This document shows positions 51,295-61,700 of a stretch of 64,000 nucleotides of DNA, piece after piece. The stretch's first letter is position 1. Each line of letters opens with the position of its first letter. Below the pieces are notes generated by a model that saw only the letters and a program-made list of their open reading frames with translations, did not search any database and had not been told where the DNA came from. The stretch lies in contig CM082593.2 in assembly GCA_040954595.2 (NCBI GenBank), positions 2,683,434 through 2,747,433 of the forward strand, written 5' to 3'. Both the position numbers and the translations under genes were made by a program. This DNA is from Balanoglossus misakiensis. Lineage: Eukaryota; Animalia; Hemichordata.

Positions 51295-54200
51295 TAGATC
51301 GTGTCACCAACAAATTCATATTGCAGAGTAATTTTTTTTTTCTGTCAGACATTATAGTTTTAACCTAGAAAATCAATTTTAGAAATTGACAAAAAAATGG
51401 TCATTACCTTTGAACTCTGACCTCAAAACTTGTAGGGTAATATTTCACCAATGAACTCTTTACCCAAGACAGGTCATTTTATAGACCAGACCATTATTAT
51501 AGAAGGGGGGTGAATACTGTTGGTAAGAATTGTGTATATTAAAATCGTATATGTAGTATTTGTTCTTTAAACACGTAATGTGAGCCTTTTTTGTTCATTT
51601 ATTATTGCAATTATTTTGTTTCAAACCAGTGATCTATGTACAGTACAGTGTGTTGGGGGAAGGGTGATATTTGAGGCAAGAATTCTAGTTTCTATTATGT
51701 TCGAAGCACTTTGTTTTCACGAACATGTCAGTGATCAAGTAATACTTAAATTTCCTTTTGCTGTGTGTGTCTCATTTAGTTGCTTCTTTAATACACAGCT
51801 ACAGAACAGACCAGAATTGGTCTTTTTTATTTCCTTCTGGCAATTGCGGGGTTGCTATGTTCAGTTCTGATTTCTAAAGTTGTTCTTCAGTTTTCTCTTC
51901 TGTTGAGGTCAGTTGCATTGCCCCCATTGCGTCAGTTGCAAAGAAGCAAGTTTGTTTTGTGACCCATTCATTTTTTGGCTAGCAAAGTTTGATGAAATGT
52001 CAACAAATACTACAAAACAGCTTTATTCCATGCTTATTTGAGCCTCCAAGAAAAAGACCATTGCGAAGTTGACTGCTGCAGGCACTGGTCATGTTGCACA
52101 GCGCCACCGAGTGGTGAACAGGTCTTGTTTCAGCACCGCGCCACCAAGTGGCAGACTCTTGAAATCAGTGAACAACACCACGTCACCTATTCCTGAACAA
52201 AATATTGATTTCTTTTTCATTCATGTCTGTCACACAGTCTTCATTAATATTTCGCAGATTTGAAGTGGTGAAATGTTATTGCTTGGCAGCTCAGTTTTTA
52301 AATTTGCTTTCAAAATTCAGATGGTGTTTTCAGGACATTTTAGTAGCCATGGTGGAAAATGCATTATTTTTTGTGGTATTTCAAACCTTAAAAATATCTT
52401 TAAAAACTATTTTTAACCTTAGGGCTATAGGAAAACTTTCAGGTGATAATTTTGTTGCTGTTTCATTAGCAAGCCTGTCATTCTTTTTTCTATCAAATTT
52501 GTGAGTTTCCAACTGTATAGTCGTGTCATGATTTGGGACAATAGGTCGAGTGGGCCAAATTTGATAATAAAAAATAACCTGTAAAATTGTCTTTATTTTG
52601 CTATGCAAAAGCAGTCAAGTTGATTATCCATAGAAATTTTAAAATGAGTATATGTTTCGTATTGAACCAAAAAAAGTGAAATGTTTCTATTTTGCATAAA
52701 AAATGTTGCTGCTGTATAGGCTCTCTCTCTCTGCAGCTGTCGGGAGTGGGGGTCCAAACTCTATTTCCAATATGAGATTTACATTCTGTAAGCCAAAAGC
52801 TACTTACCCATAAATTCTTATTTTTTGCGTCCCTGTTTCTGTGCATGTAGGTGTATAAACCTCACCATTGAAAGCAATGGGACAATACCAAATTTCACAG
52901 GGGTTATAGCATGGAAGTTGAAACTAAGTGCTGGTACAGAGAATGGAGTGAATCACTAAGGGTTAAAGGTCATTTGAAGGTCATAGATTTAACATATTTC
53001 TTTTCATGAGCTTTACCATTAATGCGGTTATTAGTGTCCTGCCATGATTTTATATTAAAGGAAGAGAATGTGCAAATAACAATTTCTGTTGATATTGGTT
53101 TTAGATATTTTTTTGCATCAGCAGAGAAAATGATATTGATTTATGTTATTGAAATGGCTATCATTCTGTCTAAATACAAATTTGTAATATTTTTTTTTAT
53201 GGGGGGGGTCGGAATTTCTACATCATGACTTCAGATTGGTTACTAGTGTTGTGTGCTTTCAGTCAAATTTGTTACGATACTGAATCAAGATATCGCGCTC
53301 TCAGTGAGAGGCCAAAATGACTGGAAAAGAGAAGACGCGTGTGGGTCTGTCAGCAAGGGAGTCTTTCAGATCACAAGGGAGTCTTTCAGATCACATGCTT
53401 CTGAAAAACGTGCTTTGATATGGACTGCAGGCTGTGAGCCTCCCTGACTACTTCAACACTTCAACCAGTGTGGTCAGTTAATATACCAAACTTTTTGTGT
53501 GTCTGCAGAATCTCGTCGACTTTTTGGAGTTCAAGTCAAGCGCGGTGAGAGATTCAGTCTGGAAAAGAATTCGACCGTTTTCTTGCGCGAGTTACAGACG
53601 ACATCAGATGTGTCAAAAAGCACCATCAAAATATCACAGAAAGGAAACAGTTGACATTCACAGTAACCTCGAGCCTATCACAACGTTTTGACACTTTTGA
53701 CATTGATTGTAATCCCAAACAAATGTAAGTGTCTCCCAGATCAAAGTGTAGAAATCATTGTATTTTTGCAAACCTGCGTCTCTGTTGTCGGTTTAATCAA
53801 ACTCCTCTAAAATAGTGCTTGTACTTAAAAATGCAAAATGAAAGAAAACTGTATGAAAGTATTCAATTTTTTTCTCTCAGTACTCAGAGGTTTTACCTAT
53901 AGTTTGAACCGACCCACAACCAGACTGTTGTGCAGTAGAGTCAGAAACTGCAACTGCTGCCAAGATACAAAATTTCAAAATCATAAAAAAGCTGTAAGCC
54001 CAAAGAGCTTTGGCCTGTCCATGTTTTATTGCTTATAAGCTTCTGCAATGTCTCTGAATTCATCATCTGTCATTTAGATTATGTTGTTCGTAATTTATCA
54101 GTTTGACCAAACCAATCCCCCTTGTTCCTACCTGGGTAATAATGGAACAGTCCTGTGCGACAGATTTGACAGAAAAGTTCCAGGATCTTGACGTGTACAG

Positions 54201-54940
54201 AAGGAAAAAGGACAGTATAAAATGTTGTGATACAGAACTAATAAAGAAATAAATGTAGAGAAACATAGTGTACTTTGAAAAATAAAAGATTCTTTTTAAA
54301 AACAGAAATATTAAAAGGGGTACTCTGTTTAGTAAAATTGTACATTTTGAACAAAGAAGGCCAAGTTTTAAAAAAAGTTGTAAATGAACATTTGTACTCT
54401 TCCCAGCTTTACTTGAATTTCTAGTGGTTATTGTGTCTTCTGTATGTTCACATCTGTGTTGTTTTTAAGTAGAAATTTTGAAAGTTTTTAAATCAGCGTT
54501 TTCATTTTATTTTTTAAAAGTTTTTTTTTTCTGAAATAATATAGATTTCAGTCAAATCACTGTACATAGGTTGATCACATCATTTGAGGAGAGAAATGCC
54601 TATATAAAGTGGAGTAAAAGTAAATGGTACGAAACAAGCTTGTTGTAAATGTCTGTGTGTGTATGTGTATGTGTATGTTTGTTTGGTTGTTTGCACATTA
54701 TGACCACATGGCATACTGCCCTCTTGCGGTCGACCTCAGATCTACACCTTCCCTTCAGAAGGTGAAACCATTCTCCCACATACAATTTCACAATGATGCG
54801 ATAAGAGCTGTCGTTTTCGCCTTTACTCAAACTAAAAAAATCGATTGACTGTGTGCTCATTTTTCATGAAAGTGGCCAGATGAACGTGTAAATATGGGAA
54901 AAAAAAACATGTTTTTGTATGTGGTGGTTAATTAAAGCTG
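51295..54940 (+). other. Probable long 3' UTR of TCF with several candidate poly(A) signals
   Basis: U-rich with no ORFs of note. AATAAA at about 52566, 54240, 54248 and 54281, and ATTAAA at 54931. Pumilio-type TGTAHATA at 54561 and 54887. True end unknown. Confidence 0.5.
53354..53395. repeat. 20-bp tandem duplication
   Basis: caagggagtctttcagatca repeated twice. Confidence 0.9.
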
Positions 54941-56207
54941 CAAGCAAAGTTACCGGGATCCAAGTAGATCCCACCAATAACAAGTAGGTGGGAACATAGG
55001 TCAACAGTTACCCCAAGGTCACAAAGATTTTGTCAAAAATGTTAGTCCCATACTGGTCCATGCCCAAGAAATCCCAGACTTCAAGCCCTTGGTTAGCCAA
55101 GAATTAGGAAGGTGTGTAATTAATGTAGTAAGGCATTAGATTTCATTTATAGGTGGTCCATCCTACATGTCCTATGTACCAAGATATCTGCTTATTGGAA
55201 AGAAGGTCATGGGTCACCTCAAGGTCACCCAAATGTTGCAATTTATCGATATATCGTAAACAACACTTTTCACCACAAAAATAAGGAATCTTAGCACGCG
55301 GAGTGACGAAACTATATCATGCACAGCAAGCTAGGGGGCGTGCACTGGCCTATCAAAATCACGGTCGTGATTGGCCAAATACGATTATGATCGCGTATAT
55401 GAACTGCCAATTAAGGAGATGTCTTCATGAATATTCATTTTCCCCCATAAAAAGTTTGAACGTGTAGAATTTGGGCAGTGAGTCATGAAGATTGGAAGGT
55501 ACGTACATGTTAATATGTGTTCTAGCCTAAGTTTTACAAATGTATAGTATACTTGTTGATTTTGGCAAACTCGCCAGGAATTGTGACCAATGATGGAAGA
55601 TTTTCGTCATTGTGGTATTTATGAGAAAGCATTTTCACCAAGAACATCGACTTTTTATGTCCAACTTCGGTGAACATGGCGCGGTCACATGTCACATGTC
55701 GTCTGCTTCTTCAAACTGGTGAAGCTAAATTTGTATTCCATTTCCAAACTTACGTTTTAAAAGTTTTACAAACATTTTATGGAATATGAGGTTATTATTA
55801 TCGTGCTTACAGCTTTTCATCATTGTGGTGTGTCGTATTTATGATAGACTTCGCATTTTTGTCAAAGAACGTCAGTTCAAATTGACGGTCCGTCACATGC
55901 GCCAAAATAGCTTGGTCGTCCGTCGTCTGCGTCCACAGCGGAGTAAACATTGCGTTTTTCCGCGAAATGCGAGGCAGAAAGCAGTGACTATAATATGTCC
56001 CCATTAAATGTGAAACGTGTGCTTTTTAAAATTCAAAATATTTTCACTATTCGAGATACATTGTATCTGGCAGGCCGCGACGAGCGGTCCTGTGTAGCGC
56101 AGAGCGAGCGAGACCTTCCTTATTTATATACATGTATATAAATATGTAATAGTTTAATTTTAATTGATAGGAGCCACATATTAATAGTTTCATTTTGGCT
56201 TTCAGGC

Positions 56208-56372
56208 CTTCCGAAAAACCAACGCCATATCGGGGGAAATGCTGCCAACTTCCGAAGAACCAATGCCATGTCGGGGGAAATGCTGCCAACTTCCGAAGAA
56301 CCAACGCCATGTCGGGGGAAATGCTGCCAACTTCCGAAGAACCAACGCCATGGCGGGAAAAATTGTTGCCAA
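56208..56372. repeat. 41-bp GC-rich minisatellite, ~4 copies
   Basis: Unit cttccgaagaaccaacgccatgtcgggggaaatgctgccaa. The last copy is degenerate. Confidence 0.92.
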
Positions 56373-56589
56373 CGAGGGAAGAATCTCAGTGACGCGACGA
56401 CAACTCGGCGCCTGGTGATGACGTGTCTTTTGTTCTTGTGGTTTAACCAATCAGAGGTAGGCAGACTTCATTTTGATACAATTGACTTTGTGATTGGTTA
56501 GTAGTTTAGACCCATGTGTAATAACTGATATGGTTTTGATATCTTAAAAAGTGCAATTGAAAGGGGTTGGGAAATTTTCATATTAAATA

Positions 56590-58365
56590 TAAATGTATAT
56601 ATTGTGTTAAAAACTTTTAATTCTCTCAAAGGAGAATAGGGAGATGTGTTGGGGTTATCAAGGGTAAAATTGGATACTTAAGATAAAGGGGTGTTGTATA
56701 CATAGTGTGGTATCTATAGCAACAGCAAATATATTGCTATAAATGTGTAATATTGTGTAAAAACTTTTCATTCTCCCAATGGAGAATAGGGAGATGTGTT
56801 GGATTTATCAAGGGTAAAATTGGGTGCTTAAGATAAAGGGGGGTTGTAAACAAAGTGTGGTGTCTATAGCAACAGCAAATATATTGCTATAAATGTGTAA
56901 TATTGTGCAAAAAAACTTTTCATTCTCCCAAAGGAGAATAGGGAGATGTGTTGGGTTAATCAAGGGTAAAATTGGGTGCTTAAGATAAAGGGGGGTTGTA
57001 TACTTAGTGTGGTGTCTATAGCAACAGCAAATATATTGCTATAAATTTGTAATATTGTGCAAAAAAACTTTTCATTCTCCCAAAGGAGAATAGGGAGATG
57101 TGTTGGGTTAATCAAGGGTAAAATTGGGTGCTTAAGATAAAGGGGGGTTGTAAACAAAGTGTGGTGTCTATAGCAACAGCAAATATATTGCTATAAATGT
57201 GTAATATTGTGCAAAAAAACTTTTCATTCTCCCAAAGGAGAATAGGGAGATGTGTTGGGTTAATCAAGGGTAAAATTGGGTGCTTAAGATAAAGGGGGGT
57301 TGTAAACAAAGTGTGGTGTCTATAGCAACAGCAAATATATTGCTATAAATTTGTAATATTGTGCAAAAAAACTTTTCATTCTCCCAAAGGAGAATAGGGA
57401 GATGTGTTGGGTTAACCGAGGGTAAAATTGGGTGCTTAAGATAAAGGGGGTTGTAAACAAAGTGTGGTGTCTATAGCAACAGCAAATATATTGCTATAAA
57501 TTTGTAATATTGTGCAAAAAAACTTTTCATTCTCCCAAAGGAGAATAGGGAGATGTGTTGGGTTAATCGAGGGTAAAATTGGGTGCTTAAGATAAAGGGG
57601 GGTTGTAAACAAAGTGTGGTGTCTATAGCAACAGCAAATATATGGCTATAAATGTGTAATATTGTGTAAAAAACTTTTCATTCTCCCAAAGGAGAATAGG
57701 GAGATGTGTTGGGTTAATCAAGGGTAAAATTGGGTGCTTAAGATAAAGGGGGTTGTAAACATATTGTGGTGTCTATAGCAACAGCAAATATATTGCTATA
57801 AATGTGTAATATTGTGCAAAAAAACTTTTCATTCTCCCAAAGGAGAATAGGGAGATGTGTTGGGTTAATCAAGGGTAAAATTGGATACTTAAGATAAAGG
57901 GGGGTTGTATACATAGTGTGGTGTCTATAGCAACAGCAAATATATTGCTATAAATGTGTAATATTGTGTAAAAAACTTTTCATTCTCGAGAGGAGAATAG
58001 GGAGATGTCTTGGGTTAATCAAGGGTAAAATTGGGTGCTTAAGTTAAAGGGGGTTGTAAACAAAGTGTGGTGTCTATAGCAACAGCAAATATATTGCTAT
58101 AAATTTGTAATATTGTGCAAAAAAACTTTTCATTCTCCAGAGGAGAATAGGGAGATGTGTTGGGTTAATCAAGGGTAAACTTGGATACTCAAGATAAAGG
58201 GGGGTTGTATACATAGTGTGGTGTCTATAGCAACAGCAAATATATTGCTATAAATGTGTAATATTGTGTAAAAAACTTTTCATTCTCCCAAAGGAGAATA
58301 GAGAGATGTGTAGGGGTTATCAAGGGTAAAACTAATATTGGGTGCTTAAGATAAATGGGGATAAA
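56590..58365. repeat. ~152-bp tandem satellite, ~12 copies
   Basis: The anchor gagatgtgttgg recurs at about 56641, 56791, 56943, 57095, 57247, 57399, 57550, 57701, 57852, 58003, 58152 and 58303. Edge copies are more diverged than central ones. Confidence 0.97.
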
Positions 58366-58758
58366 GATACATTGGCTGTTTGAATTGATGGTTGTTTAAT
58401 GGTGATCAGTATTTTTCATGAAATTCTCTTCAAATATCCCAACAGATGATATAACATATTTTTTCTTCTTCATTTCAGATACTAATTAAAGTTTGGTAAA
58501 GTAAAGCAGAGGGGGTTTGTAAAACACAATGCATGCTTAACAGTTTCTTGTAAGTTATTACAGATTGCAGATTTCTGTTGGCTGGGATGATGTACATGTA
58601 CGGGTTTCCATGCAGGTAAAGATGTGAAAAGTGGTACTCACCAGGTAAAGTGTCGAATCGTTAAAGCAAATTTCAACAACGCATACAGAGGTGATGGATT
58701 CAAAGATGTTTATTTTGTCTCTTTCAATGCATGCTTAACAGTTCCTTGTAAGTTTTTA

Positions 58759-61700
58759 CAGCTAGACTGGATATGGATCCCACTTCACTGGAAATCAGCT
58801 GGACTGGATATGGTTCCCACTCTGCTGGAAAACTGACTGGATATGGTTCCCACTGCATCGGAAAACAGCTAGACTGGTTATGGAAAACAGCAAGACTGGA
58901 TATGGTTCTCACTGCAATGGAAAACAGCTAGACTGGATATGGATCCCACTTCAATGGAAAACAGCTAGACTGGTTATGGAGAAGAACAAGACTGGATATG
59001 GTGCCCACTTCACTGGAAAACAGCTAGACTGGTAATGGAGAAGAACAAGACTGGATATGGTGCCCACTTCACTGGAAAACAGCTAGACTGGTAATGGAAA
59101 AGAACAAGACTGGATATGGTGCCCACTTCACTGGAAAACAGCTAGACTGGTAATGGAAAAGAACAAGACTGGATATGGTGCCCACTTCACTGGAAAACAG
59201 CTAGACTGGTAATGGAAAAGAACAAGACTGCAGGATATGGTGCCCACTTCATTGGAAAATCAGATGCTTTGGTTTATACAGCCCAAGAAGAAACCAGAAG
59301 ATTGTAGTTACTGTTAATGATGAACATTTTATTGTCAGTTTTAATTATTGTATTTTGTAGTGTAACAGTAGATTGTAATGTCAAAGAGAGAGCAAGTTAA
59401 TATTTTACAATTATACACAAATTGACTATTTTTTACAGCTAGACTGGTAATGGAAAAGAACAAGACTGGATATGGTGCCCACTTCACTGGAAAACAGCTA
59501 GACTGGTAATGGAGATACGAAGGACAAGACTGGATATGGTGCCCACTTCACTGGAAAACAGCTAGACTGGTAATGGAAAAGAACAAGACTGGATATGGTG
59601 CCCACTTCACTGGAAAACAGCTAGACTGGTAATGGAAAAGAACAAGACTGGATATGGTGCCCACTTCACTGGAAAACAGCTAGACTGGTAATGGAAAAGA
59701 ACAAGACTGCATGGATATGGTGCCCACTTCACAGGAAAACAGCTAGACTGGTAATGGAAAAGAACAAGACTGGATATGGTGCCCACTTCACTGGAAAACA
59801 GCTAGACTGGTAATGGAAAAGAACAAGACTGGATATGGTGCCCACTTCACTGGAAAACAGCTAGACTGGTAATGGAAAAGAACAACACTGGATATGGTGC
59901 CCACTTCACTGGAAAACAGCTAGACTGGTAATGGAAAAGAACAAGACTGGATATGGTGCCCACTTCACAGGAAAACAGCTAGACTGGTAATGGAAAAGAA
60001 CAAGACTGGATATGGTGCCCACTTCACAGGAAAACAGCTAGACTGGTAATGGAAAAGAACAAGACTGGATATGGTGCCCACTTCACTGGAAAACAGCTAG
60101 ACTGGTAATGGAAAAGAACAAGACTGCAGGATATGGTGCCCACTTCACTGGAAAATCAGATGCTTTGGTTTATAAAGCCCAAGAAGAAACCAGAAGATTG
60201 TAGTTACTGTTAATGATGAACATTTTATTGTCAGTTTTAATTATTGTTTTTTGTAGTGTAACAGTAGATTGTAATGTCAAAGAGAGAGCAATTTTACAAT
60301 TATACACAAATTGACTATTTTTTACAGCTAGACTGGTAATGGTAAAGAACAAGACTGGATATGGTGCCCACTTCACTGGAAAACAGCTAGACTGGTAATG
60401 GAGAAGAACAAGACTGGATATGGTGCCCACTTCACTGGAAAACAGCTAGACTGGTAATGGAAAACAACAAGACTGGATATGGTGCCCACTTCACTGGAAA
60501 ACAGCTAGACTGGTAATGGAAAAGAACAAGACTGGATATGGTGCCCACTTCACTGGAAAACAGCCAGTAATGGAAAAGAACAAGACTGGATATGGTGCCC
60601 ACTTCACAGGAAAACAGCTAGACTGGTAATGGAAAAGAACAAGACTGGATATGGTGCCCACTTCACTGGAAAACAGCTAGACTGGTAATGGAAAAGAACA
60701 AGACTGGATATGGTGCCCACTTCACTGGAAAACAGCTAGACTGGTAATGGAAAAGAACAAGACTGGATATGGTGCCCACTTCACTGGAAAACAGCTAGAC
60801 TGGTAATGGAAAAGAACAAGACTGGATATGGTGCCCACTTCACTGGAAAATCAGATGCTTTGGTTTATACAGCCCAAGAAGAAACCAGAAGATTGTAGTT
60901 ACTGTTAATGATGAACATTTTATTGTCAGTTTTAATTATTGTATTTTGTAGTGTAACAGTAGATTGTAATGTCAAAGAGAGAGCAAGTTAATATTTTACA
61001 ATTATACACAAATTGACTATTTTTTACAGCTAGACTGGTAATGGAAAAGAACAAGACTGGATATGGTGCCCACTTCACTGGAAAACAGCTAGACTGGTAA
61101 TGGAGATACGAAGGACAAGACTGGATATGGTGCCCACTTCACTGGAAAACAGCTAGACTGGTAATGGAAAAGAACAAGACTGGATATGGTGCCCACTTCG
61201 CTGGAAAACAGCTAGACTGGTAATGGAAAAGAACAAGACTGGATATGGTGCCCACTTCACTGGAAAACAGCTAGACTGGTAATGGAAAAGAACAAGACTG
61301 CATGGATATGGTGCCCACTTCACAGGAAAACAGCTAGACTGGTAATGGAAAAGAACAAGACTGGATATGGTGCCCACTTCACTGGAAAACAGCTAGACTG
61401 GTAATGGAAAAGAACAAGACTGGATATGGTGCCCACTTCACTGGAAAACAGCTAGACTGGTAATGGAAAAGAACAACACTGGATATGGTGCCCACTTCAC
61501 TGGAAAACAGCTAGACTGGTAATGGAAAAGAACAAGACTGGATATGGTGCCCACTTCACAGGAAAACAGCTAGACTGGTAATGGAAAAGAACAAGACTGG
61601 ATATGGTGCCCACTTCACAGGAAAACAGCTAGACTGGTAATGGAAAAGAACAAGACTGGATATGGTGCCCACTTCACTGGAAAACAGCTAGACTGGTAAT

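Noticed and set aside
56960-57309. Duplicated 65-aa ORFs (MFTTPLYLKHP...)
   Set aside because: They are by-products of the 152-bp satellite.
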